A stretch of 64,000 nt of DNA, from the NCBI GenBank assembly GCA_051530055.1, contig CM121342.1, positions 3,533,489 through 3,597,488 on the forward strand, in the 5' to 3' direction. Within the stretch, counting starts at the first letter, position 1; each line of letters begins with the position of its first letter. A program made the translations under genes and the position numbers. The notes under the pieces are model-generated. The model worked only from the letters and a program-made list of their open reading frames with translations. It was not told the DNA's origin and ran no database searches. Shown here piece by piece: positions 1-10,922 of this stretch. The stretch is from Neoechinorhynchus agilis. Lineage: Eukaryota > Animalia > Acanthocephala.

Positions 1-1190
1 CGGGGGAGTTGCGAGGTTGCTGGAATGGTAGGGATCAGGTTTCAGATCGCCCATAGGCCCCGGCCCTTCGAGTGTGGCTGAGCGCCTCTAAAGTGTGTTA
101 GCTGGCCAAGTCTCCCCCAAAATGAACGATAAAAGATCCCAAAAGACAGCGCCGTAAGGCCATGAGATTATGCGATTTAAGATAACCCAGGAATAAATGA
201 AGCAAATTCACAAGCGCGTTCAAACTGCGCTCGGTTGATCGCTAGTTAAAATCCACTGGTTGCTGGGTTCCACGGGGGAGTTGCGAGGTTGCCGGGAATG
301 GTAGGGGTCAGGTTTGGAGATCGCCCATAGGGCCCGGCCCTTCGAGTGTGGCTGAGCGCCTCTAAAGTAAAGAAGGCCGGCCTCCCAAAAAACAACGATA
401 AAAGATCCCAAAGACATGCCGTAAGGTCATGAGTTTATGCGACGGAGATAAATCATAAATAAATGAAGCAAATTCACAAGCGCGTTCAAACTGCGCTCGG
501 TTGATCGCTAGTTAAAATCCACTGGTTGCTGGGTTCCACGGGGGAGTTGCGAGGTTGCTGGAATGGTAGGGATCAGGTTTGAGATCGCCCATAGGCCCCG
601 GCCCTTCGAGTGTGGCTGAGCGCCTCTAAAGTGTGTTTAGTTGGCCAAGTCTCCCAAAATGAACGATAAAAGATCCCAAAGACATGCCGTAAGGCCATGA
701 GATTATGCGATTTAAGATAAATCAGGAATAAATGAAGCAAATTCACAAGCGCGTTCAAACTGCGCTCGGTTGATCGCTAGTTAAAATCCACTGGTTGCTG
801 GGTTCCACGGGGGAGTTGCGAGGTTGCTGGAATGGTAGGGATCAGGTTTGAGATCGCCCATAGGCCCCGGCCCTTCGAGTGTGGCTGAGCGCCTCTAAAG
901 TGTGTTTAGTTGGCCAAGTCTCCCAAAATGAACGATAAAAGATCCCAAAGACATGCCGTAAGGCCATGAGTTTATGCGATTTAAGATAAATCAGGAATAA
1001 AGGAAGCAAATTCACTAGCGCGTTCAAAGTGCGCTCGATCGCTAGTTCAAATCCACTGGTCGCTGGGTTCCACGAGGGAGTTGCGAGGCTGCTAGAAGGG
1101 TAGGGATCAGGTTTGAGATCGCCCATAGGTCCCGGCCCTTCGAGTGTGGCTGAGCGCCTCTAAAGTGTGTTAGTTAGCCAAGAGGCTCCG
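1..1190. repeat. Tandem array of a ~266-269 bp GC-rich element (~4.4 copies, truncated by window start); monomers of the same family at ~6940-7110 and ~20300-20495 in the opposite orientation
   Basis: Motif ttcaaa(c/g)tgcgctc recurs at 219, 485, 754, 1023. The reverse complement (gaggcgctcagccacactcgaaggg...gatctcaaacc...cgtggaacccagc) matches the two dispersed copies. Confidence 0.93.
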
Positions 1191-1688
1191 TGGTTCGTTC
1201 GGGTGAAGATGTGTCCGTTCGATTGGGAATATCCGGTTTGGTTTTGAAGGTCCGTTCTGGTAGGATTTGGTGTTTATTGCTTGGAGGAGCGCTTATAAGG
1301 TTGAATTGATTTCCTCAGCTTTATTTCAGGTTTTAATAAAGTTTTACTTTTTCCATATTAGCATCGCACTGAAAAATGTCATCACACAAATCAATCTGTA
1401 TCGGCACGTTTAAGTCGTCAGAAAATATTATGGATATTTGCATTTGGTTAAATTAATATTTTCTTCTTAGTTCCACATATGTGTCCCATCGGAAGGCACG
1501 GCTAATCAATTAAGTCGTAACGCAAAGCTATTGCATTCCGACACTCTGATATTTTGCCATTCGTATTGTCTAAACCAGCCAGAAATCGGTGTACTTTTCT
1601 TCGGCCATTGATACAAAAATTTCTTGGATGGATCGTAATTAATGAAAAGGCACATAACACCTTCTAGAAATTAGTGATTTTATTTAAC

Positions 1689-1751
1689 GAGCTGGTTTCA
1701 CAACACGGTATCCAGTTAGGATTGCACTGCATTGGTCATATTAGCCTGCTC
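1689..1751 (-). promoter_or_regulatory. SECIS element (type II) in the GPx 3' UTR
   Basis: Minus strand reads gagcaggcuaau-AUGAC-caaugcagug-cAA-ucc(uaacu)gga-uaccguguug-UGAA-accagcuc. This gives the AUGA/GA quartet, a 10-bp helix II with one mismatch, unpaired AA and an apical mini-stem, about 25 nt after the stop codon. Confidence 0.85.
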
Positions 1752-1776
1752 GTGGTTTTTATCCCGAGTACAGTTT

Positions 1777-2623
1777 TTACTCCAAAAGGTCAATTACATC
1801 TCCTTCGATATCCTATTACGGAAAAACGATTAAAATGAGGTAAAGTATACAAAAGCGTACCTTCGAGTCGACATTTGGGCCGTATCTCTTCATAACGTTT
1901 CCGTTCTTATTTACCAGAAACTTTGTGAAATTCCACTTTATGAAGCTATATATTTAAAACGTAAGCACGGGCAAATACGAATAATTGTTTCTTACCTTCC
2001 CATGAGTCCGCCGGTTTGTGATTTGAGGTATTTGAAGAGAGGATGGGCATTTGTACCATTTACTTCGATTTTCGAAAACATATCGAAATCCGCACCCTTT
2101 TCCTTCACAAACGCCTTAATCTCAGCTTCCGGCCATGGTTCCTACGAAATCGGATCATAAAATGCAACAAATCCTTTTTATGCGTACCTGATTACCGAAT
2201 TGGTTGCAAGGAAATCCGAGAATTCGGAGACCACTTGCAGAATGTTTTTGGTATAACTCTTGGAGATGTTTGTACTCGCGGGATGTAAAACCTCATTTGC
2301 ACGCTACATTGGTTATCACACAAACTTGACCTCTAATGGTTTCATTTTTGAAAAACAAGGGATTCAATTAACACAAAAAACGTACCGATACTTTTCAAGA
2401 TCGACAAAATTGCCGTCGATATCAGTTGCGGCGAAATCATATATACATCTTGCCCTCTTGTAGTCAGCGTTCAATTTAGCCTGTGCCATTGAACTCTGTG
2501 AAATGAATGCTGCAGAACGAGCAATATAATTTTTTGAGAACTTACAAGAGCTCTCAATGGCAAGGTAGGGGAAGATATAAGAAGCTTGGTTTGTCGGAGC
2601 TTATAAAATCCCCGCAACCACAT
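1777..2623 (-). CDS. GPX4: Selenocysteine glutathione peroxidase, phospholipid-hydroperoxide (GPx4-like), with putative mitochondrial leader exon
   Basis: Exons 2623-2546, 2495-2386, 2332-2188, 2141-1996, 1945-1861, 1812-1777 with GT-AG introns and consistent phases. Translation includes ITNVACK-U(TGA 2295-2293)-[24 protein letters not shown] and [10 protein letters not shown] second ATG at 2489 would give the short form. Confidence 0.93.
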
Positions 2624-3332
2624 TGAGTCACTGGTTTATGTGCGGTAACTGTAGCCGTTTAATGGGTGTTCAGTAGCATTGAATCACGGTTGACGTTCAG
2701 TCGACGTTGGCAAATGGAGAAAAATGTGTTTCGTATATAATGGGTTTTTTGTAAGGAAACTATGACTAGAGGGAAAAGTAGCAATGACGAACACTTGGAA
2801 ATAGTAAGACATTAGTGCAGCCGAAGGAATATATCTTTTCGTTGGTGTTTCAAATTTAATGCAACTCGAAATAATAAAAAAGGTCGTTTATTTTACAGTT
2901 TGTTATTCGCCCCTAATGGCCTACTCAATTTTTTCTAATCATAGAAATAAATAATTTTTTATTAGAAACGTTCTGCGAACCTCGTCGGATTTATTTTCGG
3001 TTATAAAAAACGAGAGGATTCCAGTTTATCAATCTCAATTCATCTTCTGTGGGGCGTTTAGATTGATCACGAATATTTCAAATGAACTTACCATAACTCA
3101 TGCCTTCTAAGCTACTTTCATTTTTTATATTAAGAACGTTTCTTTAACTTTGAAAGCATACCCTCACATTGTGACAAGATTCGTAGAAAAACATGAATTT
3201 GAAGATTGAACTATTTCTCTATAAAACAAAGCAATATTCTCAGGATTTTCTAACACGAGTATCAAAACGCTTTCTTAACAATATACTAATAATGTTTGAA
3301 TTGAATACCCCGGATTAAAACGTATTTTATTC

Positions 3333-3377
3333 AAATGAAATATTTCGTAAAAAGAAGCCTTGCATCATCAGTCATTC
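3333..3377 (-). ncRNA. Degenerate minimal type I hammerhead ribozyme motif (Penelope-type)
   Basis: Minus strand GAAUGA-CUGAUGA-(poorly paired stem II)-GAAA-UAU-U-UCAUUU; stem I pairs over 6 bp. Flanks resemble those of the 12609-12648 copy. Confidence 0.55.
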
Positions 3378-3574
3378 AAGAAATTGTTGTTTTTCTACTA
3401 TGAAAAGGAGCAGAATTCTAAAAGACGCCTTGTTCTTAAGGTTTCACATTTCGTGCGTTCAACATCATAGAAGGAAACAGAACTTTAGCTCAAGACGCTA
3501 CCGGCCAGCGAAGTGTATCAATGAAGATACGCGGACGGATATACGGTTACCGAACCTCCGGAGTGGCGATCCCG

Positions 3575-3830
3575 CGAAGTCGAGCATCCCCAGTTGTGCT
3601 CAGGTGGTCAAGTGGACAAAAACTCCTTATCCCTGTTTCAGGGTCAATGGGTTCAAAATCCCTTATCGCCGATAGACCCCAGAACCAAAGGGGACGAAAT
3701 ACCTCGTTGAAGGGAAGATACTGACGAGTCCCGCCTCTTCGGAATTACAAACTCATTACTGTATGGTTAAGAGCCTGATTGATTCAATCACTTAGACGAC
3801 CCAGATCAATGGGCTGTGTGCAGTCAAGCA
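3575..3830 (+). mobile_element. tRNA-derived SINE, monomeric diverged copy
   Basis: A-box-like ggtggtcaagtgg and B-box-like gggttcaaaatcc. Body aaccaaaggggacgaaatacctcgttgaaggg...gagtcccgcctc and 3' tail align with the array at 27286-28890. Confidence 0.75.
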
Positions 3831-4660
3831 ATAAAAATATCAGCAGAGTAAGGAATGTTCATAACCCTTAAAGAAAAGTGTAACCGGCTAGCGAGACTAG
3901 AAGATAATTCAATAATTAGCCTGAGGCATAAAACTGGCAGGTTGTCCAAAAGAGTCCAGCTTCCAGCCAGGCGCCGGACTCCTTCGTCGAGCAAGCCATG
4001 AGTCTCGAACGTGACCTCTCGTCCAGTTGGTCTAGAAGTGATTTGTGAACCTTCTGCACGATCGGTAAGGCCCACGATGACTGCTTTTGGTACTTCTGGA
4101 GTATTGTGGCTTGTCCTACTTTAGAGGTCCATAAGGAGAGAGCATTATTAAAATGCTCTTCGTTAGACTCCGAATAGATCTTAAGGGAGTTCTCTCGACT
4201 AGCCGAAATCGAAGAAAGGCCGGCAATGCGACGTAATCCATGAGTCTGAGTCCTGAACCTCCGTAGTTAGAGGGTAACGTCACTTGTTTCCACGAGGAAT
4301 GGTCGAAATCGATATTGACGATTTGTCTGAGTTTATTCCGAAGAAGATCATTCCGGCTCGACGGATCATCCTTGCACGCAAAGGCGGGTGCAAATCTCAG
4401 TCTGTGCAAAAACTTTGGGACGTAGAGGCGGTTTTTTAATCAAAAAACGGCCTCGTGAGACTTTAGCTCTGAACATCTTTCACATAGCAAACTCAGCGCG
4501 GCAAAGATATTTGCTACGTCCTTCGGAACATTCTCCTCGAAAACGCATGAACCCAGGAGACTGAAGTCGCAAATATTGATTCGTTTAATGCCTGGAGCGA
4601 CATTTTTGAATTGCCCGTGTGGTTGCTTTGTACGTTTAGAAAACAATTCGCTACGAAATA
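3830..4660 (-). mobile_element. Decayed non-LTR retrotransposon fragment, CRE-like (post-RT region)
   Basis: Broken frames give DFSLLGS, LKSHEAVF(L)...PKFLHRLRFAP, WKQVTLPSNYGGSGLR...VALPAFL and AGSW..LP..LCLRL. These match recalled motifs C-terminal to the RT of CRE/RLE-type elements. Confidence 0.6.
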
Positions 4661-4856
4661 TTTATCGGTGAGAAATAATTAAGCATTTGAAAACTAATAT
4701 TGACACCTATCGCCACTCTGTAGAAGGATTCAAACCATCTCACTATAATTTATCAAAATCCAAGAATCCTTCAGTTTTTCTAAGTCGAGAATACTTCAAA
4801 TAAATCGGAAAAAACAAAAATACTTAAATCGTATTGAAAAGATAGTTCATCATTGT

Positions 4857-5040
4857 TTTGTTCGAGTAGAGAAAGTAATTAAATTTAATTAAATTAAATA
4901 TTTCGATCCTCTATCTCGGATCTTCTTCAGTATTGTTTGTAAGTTTTTAGACGAACTCACGTATTAAAAACTTACAAACAATACTGAAGAAGATCCGAGA
5001 TAGAGGATCGAAATATTTAATTTAATCCACTCGAACAAAA
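4857..5040. repeat. Palindrome 1: perfect 62-bp inverted repeat (4888-4949 / 4965-5026, 15-nt spacer) carrying a hammerhead motif in each arm
   Basis: Arms are exact reverse complements; an outer 12-bp match ttttgttcgagt/actcgaacaaaa extends it. Right arm: CTGAAGA(4984-4990)-A-GATCC-gagataga-GGATC-GAAA-TAT-T. Confidence 0.9.
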
Positions 5041-5447
5041 TACTTAAATCTGCATAACATTGTATAGTTTCTGAGAAATCGATCTTTTTCAATAAAAGAA
5101 TTGTAAGAAAGTTAACAGATCAGATATAAAACGCAGAGCTAATTTTGGAAAGATATCTGGACTCTATACATTACAGGTTACGCATAACAAACCTTGTTAT
5201 TTTGTTTTGGAAACAATTCGCTTAAGGGTTTATAAAAGAGCTGATCATATCCAATACGAACAAAGCTACCATGAATAACTCGGGAAAACGTCCTGCAAAT
5301 GCGAATGGGAAAGATATGATAGGATCGAATAGTAGTCAAGACAACGCTCAAATGAAGCACAAGGAGCATCATACTGGTCTCCATCTCCTATCACATAACC
5401 GTCACTACCACCACCACCATCGACAGGCGATTGAAAGTAAAATTGCT

Positions 5448-5798
5448 ATGGATATTAGCAATGAATATTTAAAAATGTTGATGGAAGCGGAAGAGAACGC
5501 TAAATGTACGATCGATAGAGCAAGAGAAAAGTTCAAGAGGCGGAAGGAAGCAGTAGCCGCTGAAGTCAATTCTGAATTGTTAAAATATGAAGACGATTTG
5601 AAGAAGAAGGTGGAGGATTTTAGGGAGGATGCTAATGTGGAAATTGAAGACTTTAAAACGACACATAGTTTGAGACTTAAAGAAGGTCTTGCAAATGTGA
5701 GTGAAGCATACAAGAAAAACAAGGATAATGCAATTAAGTTTTTGGTGCACAAAACGATCACGGTCTCAACAGATCCTAATTTCAAAACCGAAGGATAA
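5448..5798 (+). CDS. ATP6V1G: V-type proton ATPase subunit G-like, divergent and intronless (116 aa)
   Basis: MLMEAEENAKCTIDRAREKFKRR parallels the LL.AEK.A...V..AR.RK..R pattern. A charged helical middle and C-terminal YKKNKDNAIKFLV..TITV follow; length is typical of subunit G. Confidence 0.68.
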   Translation: MDISNEYLKMLMEAEENAKCTIDRAREKFKRRKEAVAAEVNSELLKYEDDLKKKVEDFREDANVEIEDFKTTHSLRLKEGLANVSEAYKKNKDNAIKFLVHKTITVSTDPNFKTEG

Positions 5799-6152
5799 TT
5801 AAATTCATGCATTTACGATAATGTGATTGTTAGTTTTTACAAAAAAACCCGGCAAATTGCGTTTGGTAGGCGTACAAATGAACTTGTAAACTCCTATTCA
5901 CCATTTAAGTTGCAGCCTATAAACTCATAAACTTTCGCTCACAGCATGACTGCCGTAAAACAGGTTTTAACAATAAATTTTAGATTGACGAACGAAATGT
6001 GAGCTCTTCGTCGATACAACTTTGTTTTCAATCCCACTAGAATCCCGCGCATACCATAAATAGCCGTCTAAACGTTTTTAAAGCACGATAATCCGTTTCA
6101 GATGTCACTGGATTCCTGTCTAACATTCTAATTTTACTGTGCTGCCAATTGA

Positions 6153-6398
6153 TTACCAGTGCCGTCCACCAAGAAACGGTAGCCGCCAACCTGGTCTTCT
6201 CCATCCCGGTCTTCTTCTCCATCCCATTCCCCACCCTGGTCTTCTTCTCCATCCCATTCTCATCCCCGGTCTTCTAACTCCGAATCCCGAATTGGGACCA
6301 ACTCCAAGTGGGCGCCCAACTACACTGGCACCCATGTGGGCGTAACCAGCGATTGTAAGAAAGCCGAAAATAAACGCTAAGATTTTTGCGAGTTGCAT
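6153..6398 (-). CDS. Small secreted Arg/Gly/Trp/Pro-rich peptide precursor (81 aa)
   Basis: Signal-like MQLAKILAFIFGFLTIAGYA, then 61 aa with GWRRRPG repeats, 14 Arg, 6 Trp and no acidic residue. TATTTAA lies about 50 nt upstream. Confidence 0.72.
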   Translation of the reverse strand: MQLAKILAFIFGFLTIAGYAHMGASVVGRPLGVGPNSGFGVRRPGMRMGWRRRPGWGMGWRRRPGWRRPGWRLPFLGGRHW

Positions 6399-6939
6399 GA
6401 ACGCTGTGTTGGGTGGCCTAACTATGAGATGCACAAGTTTTCCCTTAAATATTCAAGATTGTTTGCGAGACATTGTTTTTGTGTTGTTCAAGTTGAAGTG
6501 TTTTCAATGTACTGTCGAAATATAGAAAATTGGAACAAGTCAGTTCTTGAGGATATAGTAAAGCTCACCTTTAAGTATTGTTCAATGCAACATTGGATTT
6601 GATAATACTTTTTAAAGATAAAATTCTAAAAGTGGAATAGATAAAGGAAGTGCGATCACAAGGTTTATCTTTTAGTTTTAGATTTTATGCATGATTATAA
6701 CCAATAAGAGTACGAGGACAAATCATTTTTTGAAGTCAGGCCAGCCGATAACTTTTTAAACAGTGTGGCTGATAATTTTATTGCTTGGGTACACAGCTCA
6801 CCGATCTGGTTATTTATTTGATCACATACGCATACTGTTAGTTTATGAGTTGTTTTCTTCAGATTGAGTTGATTGGTCTTACGACATCTTCTTTTGGGCC
6901 TCTCGGCTATATTCCTTTTTTGGGGGCCTTTCGGCTGAC

Positions 6940-7110
6940 TTGCACGCTTCGGATGCACTTAGCCGCACTCGAAGGGACAAGGCCAACCCACTTTGAGGCC
7001 GATGGGTGATCTCAAACCTGACCGCCACCCTTCCAGCAGCCTCGCACACCCGTGGAACCAAGCGACCGGTGGCGTTGAACCAAATCCAGTTCAGCGAAGC
7101 GCCTAAAATC
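6940..7110 (+). repeat. Dispersed diverged monomer of the 269-bp element family
   Basis: gcacttagccgcactcgaaggg...gatgggtgatctcaaacctg...ccttccagcagcctcgcacacccgtggaaccaagcgaccggtgg aligns with the reverse complement of the 1-1190 unit. Confidence 0.85.
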
Positions 7111-7719
7111 ACTTAATACCCGGAATCCACGGTTATTTTAATACCAAATATCATCATTGACGCATTAAGACTTATTAGCCGCTGACGGATTTTTAGAATT
7201 ATATTATTGATCTTTTGAAGCGAATCATAAACATTATAATTTCAATTTAAACATTTTAACGTTCTTTTGTTACGAAGATGTTCCTTCGGTCGCTAAAAAT
7301 GCATGAATTTAGGATAATAACACATAAACCCCGAACTTCAACGATAAAAAATTTAGCGAACGCAAGCATTTCGGCTAAATTATATTTTACACAATGGACG
7401 AAACGGGCAAATTATTCAAAGTAGAAAATCTTCTTAACTGTTCAAGCTTAGATTCGCCGTTTCATTGAAAACTTTTTGAATGGATAAAATTAAAAAATGA
7501 TACAAACTTTCGCTTGCACTAATTTCGAGATCGTTTACTTTGAAATGATAAGTTACAATACAGATCCCAGCAATGTTAAAGAATAAAAACGATTGCGCTC
7601 TATTTTGTTGTTCCGGAATGATTTGATAATGTCATGATGAACGAAGGACATCGAATTATGAATCAATCGATTTTTAGGATGGTTTCAAAATATTTGTCTA
7701 ATGTTCTATGCATAGATTA

Positions 7720-8270
7720 ATAATCCTTGCTCGGAACCGACACCTTGACGTTAAGACGTCTGTTACATTTGTTGCTGGAAGGGTTATCCATGTTGTACAA
7801 ATCTTCGGTGAGGTTCCTGACAAAGGACGGTTCTGCAACACTCCTTTCCCTCCACCGTCGAATTATGGGGAAAGCTGTGCCAAGCAAATGGAAGATGAGG
7901 TAACGCTCTAATTCCACTCTAAGCATTCATGCCAAAGACCTCATTCATTTGGGAAGTACTCCCTTCTAAAGTCTAGTGACTGAGGTAGAGGAAGGTGATT
8001 CCCTGGAAGCCTCTAGTAAGGAACTTCCACATCAGCGGCATCGGCAAGATGGTCGCTGTTTGATGAACCTGGCATCAACATCAAACCTCGGCAGCTGCAG
8101 ATACGTCGAGCACAGCGTAGTACTGCTCTCTCCAAACTGGAGAAGGTCCTAGAAAAGGTGGGCTAAAAAGCTTGATGCCAACAACTACTCGACCAGGATA
8201 CCGTACCTGGCGAAGTTCGCCCTCATTGCGGTCGTAAACGAAAAATCTGTCATCAAACATTCCGAACAAT
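7720..8270 (-). mobile_element. Heavily decayed possible Ty3/gypsy RT fragment
   Basis: Broken frames give GELR, YYAVLDVS, PY*RLP and FQGITFLYL in the order of LTR-RT motifs; the resemblance is weak. Confidence 0.3.
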
Positions 8271-8294
8271 CAATTGGAATATCCGTACCTTAAT

Positions 8295-9447
8295 GGATAA
8301 GGATGATCGTCCTCAACGACATACAGCCTTTATTGCGAAGGAGTTATCGAGAAGCGAAACAAGACGACAAGATGAAGGACAACTCTCCCGAAATTGGAAG
8401 CGGATACACGTTATTTTGGAAAGGCCGCATCAGAACCCTGAATTCATGGCATTGGTTTGGCAGTCAAAACCCCGCTTGTCTCAAGGTACAATCTACAGCC
8501 AACTCATATAAATGAAAGGAATCTATCCGCATCCCTATCCAAAACTACAACCACCCTTACCTTTGCCTTATCCGAGAACGATAAAGCCGCCTTCTATGAG
8601 GATAATACTTGGAGATTTTAATGCTCGCGTTGGTCGAGATCATAAGCTTTGAAAAACATAATCGGAAAGGAAGGTGTTGGAAATGTCAACCACAATGGAC
8701 AACTACTTTTAGGCAAGTGCGCTGAGTTCGAGCTTGTGATCATGAACACTCTCTTTCGACTAAAGAACCGTGATAAGACGACCTGGAAACATTTAAGATC
8801 AGGATATTGGCATCTCATCGACTACGTCATAACCCGACAAAAACATCGATCGGATTTCCTTGTCACAAACTCTCTGGGCGAAGCCGACGATTGTTGGATC
8901 GATCACCGTACTCCTCTTTGCGTTTACTCCTAAAAGCGAAGCGACCAAGGCATTCGAACCCTAGAAAAAGTAGATTCAACATAAATGCTCTCAAAAAAGA
9001 CGAGATCTCAAGATCATACTCGTCAAGAGTTGAAGAATTACTACAGCAATCGCCGCATACATCGGATGGCACAACAACCTCCTGGCAGAATATCAAATCA
9101 GCCATTATAACTCGTAAACATCAAGACTGATTCGATGAGAACGACGACCTGATATCCAAACTCATAAATCAGAAGCGAATCCCTCATCAATGGAAAAAAT
9201 ATTGAATATCGTAAAATAAAATCCGTTGTTCAAGGTCATTTGAGAGAAATCCAAAATAAATGGTGGTGCGATAAAGCAACGGAAAGCCAAGGTACGCAGA
9301 TCGACATGAATCTAGAAATTTTTTCCTGGCTGTACGAGCAATCCATGGACCGAGAAACAATTCCTCTACAGTGATCAAAACTTATGACAATCAAACTGCC
9401 TTGACGGATGAGGCAGACATTCTAGCGAGATGGACGGAGCACTTTCG
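8295..9447 (+). mobile_element. RTE-clade LINE, 5' half (AP endonuclease and linker), degraded
   Basis: DRPQRHTAFIAKELSR, GSGYTLFWKG, GDFNARVGRDH, GKEGVGNVNHNGQLLL, TTWKHLRSGYWHLIDYVI, RKHQD*FDEND, NKWWCDKA, ILARWTEHF. Confidence 0.92.
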
Positions 9448-9459
9448 TGTCAATTCTCT

Positions 9460-10880
9460 TATGTATTTGTCAATTCTCTTATCACGCAAAACCGCTCTAC
9501 CATCCTTGGCACCGACCCCTCGATTGCAATGGGCTCTTTGTCAAATCTAATAGAATCTGCGATGAAGGCCTCCTTTCCTCGCAAAACAATACGAATCTCG
9601 AACCGCGACACTCAATGGTTCTCGCCTTTTCTAAAAACCCTTCAAATGCAGGTCACCAAAGCTTTCCGGTCAGGCAATCCCGCTTACCCCTCCCTCCACT
9701 CCACACTGACAAAACGTATCCGTATAGCCCTCAAATTATTCCTCTCATCTCGTCTCTCGTCTGTTCCCAATCGAAACTTTTGGCGTGAAATAAAAAATGT
9801 CACTGGTCTTGGTAGATCCACCCCCTTCGCATCTCTCCCTAAATCTGATCTCACAATCCTCAACACCACGAATAAAAACCTCTGTCCTCCCCAAACCTCC
9901 TCTCAATTGTTCCAACCTCCCTTCTCCCTTTTTGACCCGTCCAATCATACATGCCCTTCCTTAGTTTCCCCTCTCGAAATCCTAGAGATCCTTAAACGCC
10001 TGCCCCCACATTCTTCCCCTAATTCGACTATCCCAAATCGGGCCATTCGTCTCATCATCCCGGAACTTATCGATCCTCTAACGCACATAACGAACCTTAG
10101 CTTTCTACTGGGCTCTTTCCCATCGTGTCTTAGGCCTCATTGTCTTTATAGAAGATCTTGAATTCGGTTTCAAAGTTTTATAAACGTTTCAATGTTCATC
10201 GTTTATATGTTTGTGTATTGCACTTGCTTTGTATCTGTGTTGCCTTATCCTGTCCGTCAATTTGCATGTAGCCGATTTAGGATTCCTTATAGCTATCCTT
10301 TGGCTTCCCAATTCGCTTTCCGTCCCAATTACTCTCGTTCCGACGCCCTCCTCTGCATCTACGATACGCTTGTGCGTAGCTTAGATTCCAATCCAGAATC
10401 AACCGTCCGTCTCGGGCAACTGGATATTTCCAGGTGTGCTTCCTTTAGCCTCCCAACCTGGAACTCGCTTGGATTTCCTCTTTCCTCTCCAACCGCGAAC
10501 AATATATCCAATGTGGAACTTCTCGCTCCTCTTCTTTGCTCATATTTAAAGGGGTCACCCAAGGCGCCGTACTTTCCCCTCTCCTCTTTGACATTTTTCT
10601 AAATGACCTTCATCCCCTCGCTCCCTCTACCAAAGATTTTCTCTATGCCGATGACCTCACAGTCATTACCATCGCATCTCCCTCTCTCAAAAATCTCTCT
10701 TCCCTCAAGCCCAATCTTTCCTTAATAACCGGAGAACAAGGAAAGACTCCTAATCTGTCATCTCCTGTACAAAGCCTCCGATTGCACATTAAAACTCCTT
10801 CAAAGATTCCCTGCCTCAACATCCGTCATCCATAAACCGTTTAACAAAGATAGATGCTGGCAAGTGTGTGGATCCTGTAT
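9460..10880 (+). mobile_element. CR1/L2-group LINE fragment (linker and RT), degraded
   Basis: KTIRISNRDTQWFSP, NFWREIKNVTG, QFAFRPNYSRSDAL, GVTQGAVLSPLLFDIFLNDL, FLYADDLT. Its end caaagatagatgctggcaagtg is shared with ~17190-17215. Confidence 0.85.
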
Positions 10881-10922
10881 TTTTCCATAAATAAAAACGT
10901 GTTTATATATAATTAAAAATCA

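Noticed and set aside
1-1190. 5S rRNA, 7SL, RNase P/MRP, snRNA or known ribozyme identity for the 269-bp unit
   Set aside because: Only short chance-level matches (e.g. agggtcggggcc versus 5S); diagnostic conserved boxes are missing.
2293-2295. GPx pseudogene with a premature stop
   Set aside because: The TGA is at the catalytic Sec position and a SECIS is present.
3678-3740. HDV-like (theta-type) ribozyme after the tRNA-like head
   Set aside because: A CCUCG loop string and GGGAC/GUCCC helix are present, but no P1 or P3 pairing could be built.
5271-5447. His-rich N-terminal extension of V-ATPase G
   Set aside because: Similarity and expected length start at ATG 5448; the upstream part looks like open UTR with a (CAC)n tract.
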